A DNA stretch of 64,000 nt, from IMG/VR virus record IMGVR_UViG_2724679183_000002, positions 64,001-128,000 of that record, one strand, 5' to 3'. The stretch comes from a virus. Taxonomy: Duplodnaviria > Caudoviricetes. Position 1 is the stretch's first letter. Each line of letters begins with the position of its first letter. Of this stretch, positions 38,680 through 50,137 are shown piece by piece. The notes beneath the pieces are model-generated. The model was not told the origin of the DNA. It did no database searches and worked only from the letters and a program-made list of their open reading frames with translations. The position numbers and the translations under genes are program-made.

Positions 38680-39843
38680 ATGAGCTTTCGAAAAAAAACC
38701 AAAAATAACACGCCTAAAGTTGAACTGCAATCAATCATGACACTTGTAGCAGGAGGATATAAAACGGGTAAGACAAGACTTTGGAAAGAAGTAACTGAGA
38801 TGCATTACTCAAATCCTGAAGAAGCTCTACTATTGTCCTTTGAAGACGGGTATGAAACTTGGCAGCTGGACAACATTCTCCCTCTACATGAGGAAGGTAC
38901 GGACAAAAACCTTTGGAAGGTATGGGAATACTTCAAAAAAGTTGTGGTGCCTGAATTGGTTCAAGAGGCAAAAACAGGGAGAATCGTGAAGCTTATTGGA
39001 GTTGATACAGCAGATAGAGCTATTGATGCTTGTACAGCATGGATTTTGAATGATAGAAAAAGGCTTTATGGGAAAACATTCGAATCCCTTCAAGATATTT
39101 CTGAATCGACTAACGGTAAAGAAAATGGTTGGACAGCTCTTTATGAGGAACTTAAAAAGCCTTTTGATACATTGAAAAATGCAGGTTATGGATTAATGTT
39201 TCTTGCATGGACAAAAGAAAAAGAAACAACTCTTTATGATGGAATGAAGTACAACTCCATTCAACTTATGATGCCTAACTCAGGAAGAAAAGTCTTCGAA
39301 TCACAGGCAAGTCTTATCTGCTGCTTACATAACGAAGTTTCTGTATTGGATAAACAAGGTAATGAACTTGATGACAATATTAAAGATAAAAAAGGTCGGG
39401 ATAAAGCAAGTAACTTCCATGACACAAAAGTAATGATGTACTTCAGACCTTCTGAGTATGTTGAAATTGCTGGAGGACGGTATACTGAATTGCCAGAAAA
39501 GGTTGAGTACAGTGCTGAAAACTTCTTGAAAACCTTCGAGAACGCTGTACTCGGACAAATTACAAAGACTGACCGAACTGTTCAGGAGATTAAAAAAGAG
39601 GAAGAGTTACTTAGAGAGGAGAAGGTGCAGGAAGCTGCTGAAAAGGCTGAAAGTGATCCTCAGACTTATTTGGACGAAATCACTTCTTTAGTAGCCAGTC
39701 AAACACCGGCAGTAAAGCATCAATTAGCTGATGCTTATGCAGAAAAGTTTGGCGGGCAAAAGAATTATAAGCAATTAAGTTCAGTAGAAGATCTTAAAGA
39801 AGCCTTAAATATCACTAAAGAAATACTGAAGGTAGCTAACTAG
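38680..39843 (+). CDS. AAA_24/Sak4-like ATPase (YorG-like)
   Basis: GGYKTGKT Walker A, IGVDT Walker B, AGGR. Confidence 0.75.
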   Translation: MSFRKKTKNNTPKVELQSIMTLVAGGYKTGKTRLWKEVTEMHYSNPEEALLLSFEDGYETWQLDNILPLHEEGTDKNLWKVWEYFKKVVVPELVQEAKTGRIVKLIGVDTADRAIDACTAWILNDRKRLYGKTFESLQDISESTNGKENGWTALYEELKKPFDTLKNAGYGLMFLAWTKEKETTLYDGMKYNSIQLMMPNSGRKVFESQASLICCLHNEVSVLDKQGNELDDNIKDKKGRDKASNFHDTKVMMYFRPSEYVEIAGGRYTELPEKVEYSAENFLKTFENAVLGQITKTDRTVQEIKKEEELLREEKVQEAAEKAESDPQTYLDEITSLVASQTPAVKHQLADAYAEKFGGQKNYKQLSSVEDLKEALNITKEILKVAN

Positions 39844-39883
39844 GGGAGAGGTTTCTCTCCCTATTTAATAAAGGAGAACGCCT

Positions 39884-40495
39884 ATGAAAGAGGTAAAATG
39901 CCAGTGGTGTGGATCAAAAGGGGCTAAAAAAGAAATGTCCTGTGAAGCAAAACCGACTGGGAAACTCAATAAGAATGGATCCCAAAAATATATCAGGAAA
40001 TATTTTCATGACGATTGCTTTGAAGCATATAAGCAAGATAAGAAATTTAAAGAAAATGAAGCAGCAGAGTTTGATGAACTTTACAATTATTTATTAGATT
40101 TACATAGATTAGAGCGTTTAGACTCCCGCATGATTGAACGAATTCAGGATTTAAGGAACGGTACAGTTAAATACCAAAATCAAAAGGTTAAAAGGTATAA
40201 AGAGGGTGTTCCATTTAGAAAAATTTTAGATGCATATAAATTCTCTGAACAGCAGTTACGTAATGTCCACAACTATAAAACGCTTGAATCAAGTTGGCAG
40301 GAGTTTACTTATTTCCTGAGTATCGTAATCAGTAATATGAATGAGATGAAAGAAACGAACAGGCGTAGCAAGCAACAAGATGTTATCCGTACAAACATCA
40401 TTAACAAACAAATTCAAGTGCAAAGTGAAATCGATATTAAAATTAAACCTAAAAACATAAGAAAAGATGAATTAGATATCTCAAGTTTTTTATAG
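39884..40495 (+). CDS. Zinc-binding replication protein (YorH-like)
   Basis: VKCQWC...YFHDDC; synteny. Confidence 0.6.
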   Translation: MKEVKCQWCGSKGAKKEMSCEAKPTGKLNKNGSQKYIRKYFHDDCFEAYKQDKKFKENEAAEFDELYNYLLDLHRLERLDSRMIERIQDLRNGTVKYQNQKVKRYKEGVPFRKILDAYKFSEQQLRNVHNYKTLESSWQEFTYFLSIVISNMNEMKETNRRSKQQDVIRTNIINKQIQVQSEIDIKIKPKNIRKDELDISSFL

Positions 40496-40504
40496 GAGAG
40501 TGCC

Positions 40505-42016
40505 ATGAAGAAACGAAATTACATAGATGAATTTGTTGAACCCTCATACATTCATGAATCTCTTTTCGTTGGGTATTTGTGGTCTAACCCAATGCTGTAT
40601 CAAAGATATAGAACACATAAGATTACAAAAGAAACATTTACTGAGCCAATATGGTATTTCTATTTCACAGTTGGATCGCAGATGTTTGAAAACGGGATCA
40701 GAGATTTTGACGACAAAACCGTTTATTCATTCTTAGTATCAAGGCCTAAAGAAAAAAATAAAAAGAGCTATTTAGATGCTTACAATGACTTTGGTGGCTA
40801 TGAATCAGTTGAAGAACTTATGAATGAATGTAAGACGGATAGTCAGAATGAAGAATATCATTTTAATGAAATTCAAAAATATGAAAGCTTAAGAAAATTA
40901 CAAGATGCTTCATTGATTGATACTTCAGATGAGAAGTTAATTGAAAAGCTTACGATTATGACGCTTAAACAGTTGCAGTTGTATATGCAGTATAAGCATA
41001 AGGAAACATTCGCACACATCAACTCTGGTGATGTTATCGAACATGATCTCGTGGACGGGCTCAATGAGACAATTGAAGATCTTGATTCAGGTGAGTCTAT
41101 GGGATCTCCTTTACATGATTCGCCTCGATTAAATAGGAAAATTAAAGGTTGGAAAGATGGCTCTCTTTACTATTTAGTACTCTCCTCTGGTGTAGGGAAA
41201 AGCTCAATTGCGATGGAAAAGTTTATATTGAGCCTTTTCGAAAACCAAGAGAAGGCAATTCTGGCCATAAACGAGGAAAGTGTAAAGAAGTGGCGTTCAT
41301 TACTTCTTGCAACGATCTCATCTAAGATTCTAAAAAAGCCGATCAACAGAGAAAAGTTATATGAAGGTAATTTTAAGCAAGAAATGCTAAATAAATTAAA
41401 TGCAGCAAAAGATTGGGCTTGGGAGCGTGGTCAGGGGTTAATTAAAACACTTGAATTAAAAAAGTATCGAGTAGAAGACATTTTGAGTCGAGTTGAGCTT
41501 TATAGACCCAAAGGTTATAACAAGCTTATCATTGACACCTTTAAGCCCGATCGATCACAAAAAGATATGGCTCGGTGGGAAGCTTTTTCAAACTCAGCAC
41601 AAGAATTGCATGATTTGATCAAGGAAGACAACCAGAATGTCGGCACTTTAGCAACAGTGCAGCTGAAGTTAGGCAAAGAAACAAGATTCTTGGACTTAGA
41701 TTCGACGGGAAAGAGTATGGAGATAAACGAAGTAGCTGCTGTTGTAATGATGGGAAGGTTACTTTTCGCAGACGAGTACACAGGTTCTAAAACCAGATAT
41801 GAATTAAAGCCGTATAACTATAAAAAGGATGAGTTGGGGAACTGGTATGAAGAAGAATACGTGTTAGATCCTAAAAAGACTTATTTAGTCCTTTTTCTAG
41901 CCAAGAACCGTTTCGGAAGTGAAGAAGAGCAGATTATTTATGAAGTAAATTACAGTATTAACTCTTTCGAAGAAGTTGCTTATGTAAAGGTTCCAAGACT
42001 TGGAGGAGCATTCTAA
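40505..42016 (+). CDS. yorI: DnaB-like replicative helicase
   Basis: SGVGKS, IIDT, TVQL, LAKNRFG. Confidence 0.85.
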   Translation: MKKRNYIDEFVEPSYIHESLFVGYLWSNPMLYQRYRTHKITKETFTEPIWYFYFTVGSQMFENGIRDFDDKTVYSFLVSRPKEKNKKSYLDAYNDFGGYESVEELMNECKTDSQNEEYHFNEIQKYESLRKLQDASLIDTSDEKLIEKLTIMTLKQLQLYMQYKHKETFAHINSGDVIEHDLVDGLNETIEDLDSGESMGSPLHDSPRLNRKIKGWKDGSLYYLVLSSGVGKSSIAMEKFILSLFENQEKAILAINEESVKKWRSLLLATISSKILKKPINREKLYEGNFKQEMLNKLNAAKDWAWERGQGLIKTLELKKYRVEDILSRVELYRPKGYNKLIIDTFKPDRSQKDMARWEAFSNSAQELHDLIKEDNQNVGTLATVQLKLGKETRFLDLDSTGKSMEINEVAAVVMMGRLLFADEYTGSKTRYELKPYNYKKDELGNWYEEEYVLDPKKTYLVLFLAKNRFGSEEEQIIYEVNYSINSFEEVAYVKVPRLGGAF

Positions 42017-42030
42017 GAAGGTGGCGATAA

Positions 42031-43092
42031 ATGTCCGATCTACAAACCATTAGAGAAAGAATTTATAGAGAAGAAAAAATTCAAGAAGTATTAGAAGCAC
42101 TTGGCTGTTGGGCAATTAACACTGAACAAGGAGGTAAATTGTTTGTTGCAGGACTTCCTAACGGTGATAACGAGCGGAGTGTACAGGTCAAAAACACCTC
42201 CTCTTTAACTTCAAATATCAGAAGTAAGGGGATTACAGGATCAATCTTTGATGTTATATCTTACATACTTTATGAGGCTATAACTGAGGAAGAGAAAAAA
42301 GCATGCCTTTCCAAGAGCAAATTTTGGCTATGTAATGAACTTCAATACTTAGAGTACATAGATGAATTTTATAAATTAACTGCAGAAAAAGAAAAACCAC
42401 AACCAAATAAATGGTTACATAAGCTTCAGAAAAAACGAAATAAAGAAGATCGACAAGCAGTTGAGAACACAATACTATCAGAAAGTGTTTTAGATCAATA
42501 CGGGAATATTCCGTATAAAGGTTGGTATGATGATGGACTGTCATTAAGCACACAAAAGCTTTTTGGTATAGGGATTGATGTAAGATCTGAGCGGGCTACT
42601 TTTCCAGTACATAATAGAGATGGTCAATTAATTGGGGTTAAAGGGCGTTATATCGGAAAAGACGAAGTTATAAAAGATAAATATAAGTATATATACATAC
42701 AACCGTGTAATAAGTCAATTGAGTTTTACAATTTACATAGAGCTCTACCTCATATAAAAAGCTTAAACGAGGCAATAATTGTTGAAGGCGCTAAAACAAC
42801 GTGGTTTTTGACCCAATGGGGATATAAAAATTGTATTTCCATAGAGGGAGACAGTATGTCTGATGAGCAAATAAGAATACTTAAAGAATTAGGGATTGGA
42901 ATTAAATTTGTTTTTGCCTATGACAAAGACAAAGATCCCAAGTTCATTGTAAATGAAGTATCAAGGCTTACAGGCAGAATACGTTATGGAATTTATGATA
43001 AGGAAAATCTTTTATCTGATAAAGACTCACCGACAGATAAAGGATACAAGGTTTGGGCTTCCTTATATGAAAATAAATATAAAGTAAACTGA
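42031..43092 (+). CDS. yorJ: DnaG-type primase (TOPRIM)
   Basis: FPVHN..GQLIGVKGR, IIVEG, AYDKD. Confidence 0.85.
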   Translation: MSDLQTIRERIYREEKIQEVLEALGCWAINTEQGGKLFVAGLPNGDNERSVQVKNTSSLTSNIRSKGITGSIFDVISYILYEAITEEEKKACLSKSKFWLCNELQYLEYIDEFYKLTAEKEKPQPNKWLHKLQKKRNKEDRQAVENTILSESVLDQYGNIPYKGWYDDGLSLSTQKLFGIGIDVRSERATFPVHNRDGQLIGVKGRYIGKDEVIKDKYKYIYIQPCNKSIEFYNLHRALPHIKSLNEAIIVEGAKTTWFLTQWGYKNCISIEGDSMSDEQIRILKELGIGIKFVFAYDKDKDPKFIVNEVSRLTGRIRYGIYDKENLLSDKDSPTDKGYKVWASLYENKYKVN

Positions 43093-43103
43093 TTGGGGGA
43101 GAG

Positions 43104-44795
43104 TTGTTGATTTATAAACTTATAGGGGAGAACGATTATAAATATCCTATTAATACAATAATTAAAAATAGAAATATTGATGATGACATATTCTTCAATT
43201 TAAATAAATCGGTTATAAATCACTATTCATTGTTAAATAACATGGATAAAGGAATTGATTGCTTATTAAGACACATTAAATCGAAGAACAATATTTTTAT
43301 CCAGGTTGATTCAGATTGCGATGGCTACTTATCAAGTGCAATTCTCATTAATTACTTAAATCAAGTATTTCCTGATCTCGAAGTAAAGTGGAGGCTTCAT
43401 GATAAAAAAGATCATGGAGCTTCACTAGAAACAATACCAGAAGACACACATTTATTAATTATTCCTGATGCCGGGAGTAATCAATACGAATTACATGAAG
43501 AGTTAAAAGAGCGGGGAATAGACACATTGGTACTTGATCATCACGAATGTGAAAAGGAATCGAACTTTGCAATCGTTATTAACAACCAGCTTTCAAGCAA
43601 TTACCAAAACAAAAGATTTTCTGGTGTAGGCATTGTTTATAAATTCTGCAAAGCTTTAGATGACAAATTAGGGTTAGACGTTGCAGACGATTCCTTAGAT
43701 TTAGTCGCTATTGGGAATATCGGCGATGTAATGGATTTAAGAGAACCAGAAACACGCTATTATGTGAAGAAGGGGTTAAAACAAATAAAAAACCCACTAA
43801 TTCAGGAAATCGTGGATAGGCAATCATTTTTCTTAGATGGAAATATTAATATACACTTTACGGGGTTCTCCATTGTCCCATTCATAAATGCAGCTATACG
43901 CTACGCAACAATGGAAGAAAAGACAGACATGATGAAGGCTTTGTTGGGGAGTCAAGAAGTTGTTTATTATCCAAGAAAGAAGATATACGAACCTATTGTA
44001 AAGTCAGTTGCCAGAAGAATTGCTAATACGAAGAATAGGCAGAAAAAATCACTTGAAAAACCAGTTAAAGCTTTAATTGAACAGGTTTATGAAGAAAATA
44101 AAACAAATGATAAAGTTATAGTGTTAGATGTTACTGGTGAATTAAATTCCTCTTTTACAGGACTTGTAGCTACCCAATTAGCAAAGAAGTTTAAGCGGCC
44201 TGTTATCTTAGGAAGGAAAACAAAGGAAGGGAAATTTGGAGGGTCTGCAAGGGGATATGAGAAATGTGGAGTCAAAGACTTTAAACAAGTATTAACTGAC
44301 TCAGAACTATTTAACTTTTGTCAAGGACATGCGAATGCATTTGGATTTGAAATAGAACCTGAACGCTTCGGTGACCTAAGCACTCAACTAAACAGTTTGA
44401 TAGACGCAGAGGTTTTATTAGAGGATGTTCATGAAGTAGACTTTATTATTCCAGCCTCAGAGATGGATACTTCTATAATTAAATCTATACATAAACATAG
44501 AGATGATTGGGGATCGACTCTTGAGGAACCTTTAATAGCAATTGAAGGTATACAAATAAACAGATCAGATGTGAACGTGTATAAAAATAGAACGTCCACG
44601 TTTGTTATTAATGTTGGAGATTATAAACTTACCAAACCGTATTACAAAGGTGATTTTGATGAATTGTTTGATAATGGAGATGAAACATTTTATTTGAACG
44701 TTGTAGGCAAATGTAAGGTTAATAAATATGAAAATAAATCAGCTCCTACAGTTGAGATTGTAGATATTGAGATAACAGACAGCTTTTTATTTTAA
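43104..44795 (+). CDS. yorK: RecJ-like DHH exonuclease
   Basis: DSDCDG, LDHH, GSARG, QGHANAFG. Confidence 0.88.
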   Translation: MLIYKLIGENDYKYPINTIIKNRNIDDDIFFNLNKSVINHYSLLNNMDKGIDCLLRHIKSKNNIFIQVDSDCDGYLSSAILINYLNQVFPDLEVKWRLHDKKDHGASLETIPEDTHLLIIPDAGSNQYELHEELKERGIDTLVLDHHECEKESNFAIVINNQLSSNYQNKRFSGVGIVYKFCKALDDKLGLDVADDSLDLVAIGNIGDVMDLREPETRYYVKKGLKQIKNPLIQEIVDRQSFFLDGNINIHFTGFSIVPFINAAIRYATMEEKTDMMKALLGSQEVVYYPRKKIYEPIVKSVARRIANTKNRQKKSLEKPVKALIEQVYEENKTNDKVIVLDVTGELNSSFTGLVATQLAKKFKRPVILGRKTKEGKFGGSARGYEKCGVKDFKQVLTDSELFNFCQGHANAFGFEIEPERFGDLSTQLNSLIDAEVLLEDVHEVDFIIPASEMDTSIIKSIHKHRDDWGSTLEEPLIAIEGIQINRSDVNVYKNRTSTFVINVGDYKLTKPYYKGDFDELFDNGDETFYLNVVGKCKVNKYENKSAPTVEIVDIEITDSFLF

Positions 44796-44812
44796 GGAAA
44801 TGAGGTGATGCG

Positions 44813-47800
44813 GTGATTATAAAACCCAAGTTAGAAACAGAAGTCACAGAAAAATATGAGAAGCACTGGGTAGAGGATTTTGAGCAAATAGAGTGTTTAT
44901 TTCTCAAGGATAGCCCCAAATTATGTGTGCTTGATTCGGAGACAACTGGATTACACATAATTAAGGATCGTCCGTTTATGTGGGTTTTTAGTTGGTTGCT
45001 ACCCAGGGATAAAAGAACAGCGCAATTAAAGGGGCGGAGTTTTGCATTTAATTCTGATAAGGACATGTTATTAAAAGTAATTAATCTTACTAAGAGATGC
45101 ATGATGACTGTAGGCCATAACGTAAAATATGATCTACACATGCTAATTAACGGAGGAGTTAACGAAGAGATTGTGTATGGCTTGAGAAACATTGTCGATA
45201 CTATGGGGCTATGCAGGTTAAGTTTCGATGCTGTTTCTGCAAGAGATGGTGGCGATGTATTAGGACTAAAAAAAGTTTCGGAGAAGTACATTGATCCAAG
45301 GGCAGCTGAATTTGAAAAAGAGGTAAAAAAAGAGCTTAGAAAAATAAATGATGAGAAACGAAACGTTTTAAAGGAATTGTTAAAGCCTTATAAGGGTTGG
45401 GGACTAGGAAAAATTAAGGAAGCATATAAAGTTAAGAAGCGTAATGAAATGGATTACTTTACTACAGAGAAAAAACAACGTTGGCTAAAGGTTCCTGAAG
45501 AGATTGAGAAGGTCTATTTTAAGTGGATGGAAGAGAATCCATTTGCTGATTATTCTGAGGTAGACAGAAATGTGATGATGGAATATGTGCACGGTGATGG
45601 TATATATACCTTAGAGTTAGTTGAGCTTACTTACCCGACAGTTCTGAAAAGAAAACAAAAGTCAATTCTTGAACAAGAGAATAAACTGATTATTGAATTA
45701 TTGAAGATGGAACGTGTGGGTTTGAAGGTAGATATGAAATATTTAAATATTTGTTTTCAAAAGTGTGAAGATGAGATACAGAAACTTTATGAAGAATTAT
45801 GGAGCATTGTTGGAGACCATTTCACTGTTTCTCAAGGTACGGTCATTGCTGATTATTTTGAAAGAAAATTGGGCGAACGCCCAGAAACCACAGATAAATC
45901 ATTTCTAAAGAAACATAAAGATGACCGTGTTTCACAATTGATTACCAGACTTAGACGACTTGAAAAGTGGCAGTCCACCTATATCTCTAGAATTATTGAA
46001 GTTGCCCAGTACGATGACCATTTTTATACTCAGTATGGGCAGTTTAACACGGTATCTGGAAGGCTTGGCTCTGATGCACAACAATTCCCAAAGGAAAGAA
46101 TCCTAACTGAAGAAGGAGAACTTTATGAGAAGAAATATGGAGAAGGGAAAGCACCTATAGAATACGAAATTTTCTCTCCAAGACGTGCTTTTATAGTGGA
46201 GGGAGGAAATTATAATAAGATTGCTTATTTTGACTTATCCCAAATTGAATTGAGGGCACAGGCAAATTACACGGTGCTTTTAAAGAGACCTGATTTAAAT
46301 TTATGCCGAGCGTATATGCCGTTTAAATGCACCCATTACATAACTGGAGAAGAGTATCAATTTGATACCAAAGAAGAAAGGGCAAGGTGGTCAGAAAAGC
46401 AAGACAACGGAAACTCTGTGTGGTTATTGGAGAATGGAGAAAGTTGGACACCTACAGACGTACACAGTGAAACTTCGCATAATACATTAATTGCTTTAGC
46501 ATTTAAATGCGTTGAGAAGTACAAGCAATACGAACATGATAAAGAGTCGCCAGTTGACGAAAAATCGTTCAAAAAGTTTTGGAGATACATAGGGAAGATG
46601 TTTAATTTCATGCGTTATCGAGTAGCGCATATAAAACCACTCTAATTCATGGGAAGCCCTAACGTAAAGTCGAGGGTAATCATGAGCGAAGCCCATTTGG
46701 GAACGTGCAACGACTAGCCGAAAGGCGTACACTGCAAGCGATCGGTAGTGGAAACGGGTGGATTGCTAAGGGAATACTTAAAAAGGAGAGATGCTATGGC
46801 GAGAGCAAACAGATGGACAATTAATGAGTCAAATGAATTAATAAAGTTATGGGGTCAAAATGATGTAGAGAAAATTTCAGAGTTGATGGGTAGACATAGA
46901 TTAACTATTCTACAAAAGGCAAGAGAGCTCGGATTACGAAAAGCCAGGTCTAAAAAGTGGTCTGAAGGGGAATTAAGCTTTCTAAAAGAGAATTACGATT
47001 CTAAGCATTCATGTTCAAGAATAGCTACCAAATTAAAAAGAACTGAACGATCTGTTTATACAATGGCTGAGAGATTAGGGCTAAAAGTTACTTGGGATTA
47101 TAGAAGGATCGATAAAGATGGATACATTGAAATAATACTTGGTAGCTCAAAGAAAACTAAAGAACATCGGATGGTTTATGAAAAAGAAACAGGAATAAAA
47201 CAAAAACCTTCTGATCACATTCATCACTTAGATGAAGATAAGAAAAATAATAAAATAGAAAATCTAATTTTATTGAACCCATCTAATCATAATCGACTCC
47301 ATTTCTTAATAAATAAGAATGACTTAAAAGGGTTACGAGAATTTACCGAAGTCCTCCAAGAACATGATAAAAGAAAATATTTAAAATGGTTAGAATCCCT
47401 TAGCAATGTGATATAGTCTGACCTCATGGGAAACCATGAGCTGCATAAGCGGTATCGAAGTAGCGACTCGATATGAACATAAGTGAACTATGGCGGCGGT
47501 GCCAAAAAAGCTTCAGAGGCTCTTGAAGTTTCTATGGAGATTGCTAATGCATTGGTATCGGGGTGGTCAAATACATTTCCTGAAGTATCTCATTATCAGA
47601 AACAGGTTGCTAGTAAAGTGCAAAGCAATAACTACGCTACGAATATGTATGGAAGGGTTTATTTCCTCACAAATACCGATAAAGCATATAAGGTTGGAAA
47701 TTATCTTGTTCAAGGTTCTTGTGCCGATATGTTAAAAGGCTATTTAATTAGGATTGGAGAATTCTTAAAGACAAATAACTGTAAGACGCAACCTTTAGCC

Positions 47801-47974
47801 AATATTCACGATGAGCTGCAGTTTTTAGTGCATGACGGAGAAGAATGGATATTTCCTCATATTAAAAGGATTATGGAAGATGTGGAGTGGATGCAAGTGC
47901 CCGTTGTGGTTGATTTAGAGATAACAGAAACTACGTGGGCTGATAAAAAAGAAATAGAAATACAAGCATCATAA
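44813..47974 (+). CDS. Family A DNA polymerase with 3'-5' exonuclease, spliced from exons 44813-46615 and 47486-47974 (763 aa)
   Basis: DSETTG (ExoI), GHNVKYD, TVSGRL, DLSQIELR (motif A), KMFNFMR|NYG (motif B), VQGSCAD, IHDEL (motif C). Confidence 0.92.
46616..47485 (+). mobile_element. Group I intron (870 nt) in polymerase motif B
   Basis: P1 ATGCGT|T..AGCGCAT with U.G at the splice site; GCAACGACTA and GATATAGTC (P7); terminal G at 47485; removal restores the frame. Confidence 0.92.
46796..47416 (+). CDS. Intron-encoded HNH homing endonuclease with two N-terminal Myb/HTH-like repeats
   Basis: RWT..E and KWS..E repeats; EHR.VYE, IHHLDEDKKNN..ENL; lies in the P8 loop (ATTGCTAAGGGA/TCCCTTAGCAAT). 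Confidence 0.85.
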   Translation: MARANRWTINESNELIKLWGQNDVEKISELMGRHRLTILQKARELGLRKARSKKWSEGELSFLKENYDSKHSCSRIATKLKRTERSVYTMAERLGLKVTWDYRRIDKDGYIEIILGSSKKTKEHRMVYEKETGIKQKPSDHIHHLDEDKKNNKIENLILLNPSNHNRLHFLINKNDLKGLREFTEVLQEHDKRKYLKWLESLSNVI

Positions 47975-47987
47975 ATAATATTCGGAA

Positions 47988-48734
47988 GTGATGAAAATTT
48001 TCAAAAAACTTATAGACAAATATAAAAAATATGTATATTATAATATTACAAATATAACCCTTGTTGCAAGTATTACTCTCTTATTAGCTGGGGCTGTTCT
48101 CAGTATTAAAAATTTTAATAGGGAGGACGAAGAAAGCGTTAAGGCTCCTGTAAAATGGTCATTTTATAAGAATCAAAAAGAAGCGATTGTTGAGAAATTC
48201 ACACATGGACAGGAAAGAAAGTTTGAACTCCCTAGGCTGAAAAGCAACCTAGAAAAGCGTGAAGAGAGTCAAAAAAAGTTTATCTATGAAAAGATTGAGT
48301 ATCCTAAGGTGCAAAAGTCAAAAAAGCCACAGAGATTAATTTATTCAAATACAAAAAATAAGCATTATAAAAAGGGGAGGAGAAGTACAGTACAAAAAGA
48401 AAAGGCTCAGGGTTACTCAAAATCCTTAAATGTTGTAGCAACTGCATATACTGCCTTTTGTTCAACTGGTTGTATTGGTAAAACTAAGACAGGCTATGAC
48501 GTAACAAGTACCTCATCCTACAGAGGAAAAAGGATTATCGCTGTTGATCCAAATATTATACCTTTGTATTCATTGGTTGAAGTAAGGTACAAAGGCGGTA
48601 GCTTTCAAGCGTATGCTATTGATACTGGGGGCGATATAAAAAGTAACCGAATCGATATTCTAATGAACACAAAAAGTGAAGCAAAATTATTTGGCAGACA
48701 GCAAGTGAATATCAGAATACTTGAAAATAACTAG
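47988..48734 (+). CDS. yorM: Membrane-anchored 3D-domain (lytic transglycosylase-like) protein
   Basis: ATAYT, IAVDP..IP, AIDTGGDIK.NRIDI. Confidence 0.85.
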   Translation: MMKIFKKLIDKYKKYVYYNITNITLVASITLLLAGAVLSIKNFNREDEESVKAPVKWSFYKNQKEAIVEKFTHGQERKFELPRLKSNLEKREESQKKFIYEKIEYPKVQKSKKPQRLIYSNTKNKHYKKGRRSTVQKEKAQGYSKSLNVVATAYTAFCSTGCIGKTKTGYDVTSTSSYRGKRIIAVDPNIIPLYSLVEVRYKGGSFQAYAIDTGGDIKSNRIDILMNTKSEAKLFGRQQVNIRILENN

Positions 48735-48832
48735 AAAAAATGTGGTGAATACGACCAATTGACAAAATGCTATTAACATTTTGAAAACACGAACGATGCA
48801 ATACATACATAGACAATTATTACATAGAGAGA

Positions 48833-49021
48833 GTGATTTGGATGATCATATTAGATCAGGAAGTCTTTGTGAAATCAACTGGTGAACCTGGTATTGTTGT
48901 AGCCATTTATCCTGAAACAAACAGTATCGAACTTTGCTATTATGATGGTACATATGATGAGAGAAGAATGGACGATATTCTAGGAGGTGACCAGCTAGTG
49001 GCTTCCTATAATAAAAAATAA
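48833..49021 (+). CDS. Small SH3-like hypothetical protein
   Basis: 62-aa ORF. Confidence 0.5.
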   Translation: MIWMIILDQEVFVKSTGEPGIVVAIYPETNSIELCYYDGTYDERRMDDILGGDQLVASYNKK

Positions 49022-49029
49022 AATATAAG

Positions 49030-49239
49030 GTGATTATGATGGAAAATAATATTAAGATTGAAGTGTCGTTTACTGATGAATTCGATCAGGCTTCAAGAAT
49101 GCAAAAATCGTTTGATTCAGACACTTTAGATGAGCATTGTGATGGCTGTTTGGGACTGCTTTTAGATGAATTTAAGAAGTTTTTATATATTATGGGACAT
49201 AACGAGAAAGAGATCAGTAGAATTCAACTGAAAGATTAA
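49030..49239 (+). CDS. Hypothetical protein (YorO-like position)
   Basis: AAGGTGA RBS; synteny. Confidence 0.55.
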   Translation: MIMMENNIKIEVSFTDEFDQASRMQKSFDSDTLDEHCDGCLGLLLDEFKKFLYIMGHNEKEISRIQLKD

Positions 49240-49267
49240 TTTTTTGCAAAGGAAAGGAGGTGATTGA

Positions 49268-49471
49268 TTGCCAAAGTTTTGGTCATATCCATTAGGTCTA
49301 AAAGTCATCATCAATGAGAATGCAAAGAAAGCTTGTCCTAGTCATGTTGGACGGGAAGGGAAAATTATTGAGTTGCTTCAGTCTGCTACATATGATTACG
49401 CGGTCAGTGATGAAACAGGTGATATCACATTCTTCAAGGAACATGAGTTAAATCCGGCTAAAGGAGGTTAA
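49268..49471 (+). CDS. yorP: YorP family protein
   Basis: MPKFWSYPLGLKVIINENAK..CP.HVGR. Confidence 0.75.
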   Translation: MPKFWSYPLGLKVIINENAKKACPSHVGREGKIIELLQSATYDYAVSDETGDITFFKEHELNPAKGG

Positions 49472-49475
49472 TTGT

Positions 49476-49634
49476 ATGTTTAAAAAGGGAGAGAAGGTGA
49501 CTGTTGGCTTCACAGAAGAGGTTGGAGTTGTTGCGCAAGTTGATAAGGGTTATGAGCAATTAGAAGTCGAGTATCCAGATGGCTCATTTAAAGTAATTGG
49601 CTTCAACAATGTAAGAAGGGTGGAAGATAAATGA
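49476..49634 (+). CDS. YorQ-like 52-aa protein
   Basis: AAAGGAGG RBS; MFKKGEKVTVGFTEEVGVV. Confidence 0.55.
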   Translation: MFKKGEKVTVGFTEEVGVVAQVDKGYEQLEVEYPDGSFKVIGFNNVRRVEDK

Positions 49635-50128
49635 CCAGGATTATTTTAGAAGGTGCTGACTGCTGCTACAAATCAACAGTGGCAGATAAACTCAGCAAAG
49701 AACTGGGTTATCCGGTAATAAAGGGATCCAGCTTTGAATTGGCCACGAGCGGAAATGAGAAGCTGTTCGATCACTTTAACAGGCTGGCTGATGAGGACAA
49801 TATAATTATTGATCGATACATATATTCAAACTTGGTTTATGCGAGGAAATTCAAGGATTATTCAATCTTAACAGAAGATCAGCAAAGGGCGATCGAGAAG
49901 AAGATTAGACATAAAGCCAAGGTAATTTACTTACATGCTGATCCAGAGGTAATTAAGCAGCGTTTACGTGAACGTGGTGACGAATACATAGAAGGAAAAG
50001 ATATTGATACGATTTTAGAGTTATACAGAGAAGTAATTTGCAATGCTGGTTTGCATACTTATTCATGGGATACAGGACAATGGGATAGTGATGAGATTGC
50101 TCAGGGTATTGTTTATTTATTGGAGTAG
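49631..50128 (+). CDS. yorR: Deoxynucleotide monophosphate kinase-like protein
   Basis: ILEGADCCYKST P-loop, IIDRY. Confidence 0.85.
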   Translation: MTRIILEGADCCYKSTVADKLSKELGYPVIKGSSFELATSGNEKLFDHFNRLADEDNIIIDRYIYSNLVYARKFKDYSILTEDQQRAIEKKIRHKAKVIYLHADPEVIKQRLRERGDEYIEGKDIDTILELYREVICNAGLHTYSWDTGQWDSDEIAQGIVYLLE

Positions 50129-50137
50129 GGGGATTTA

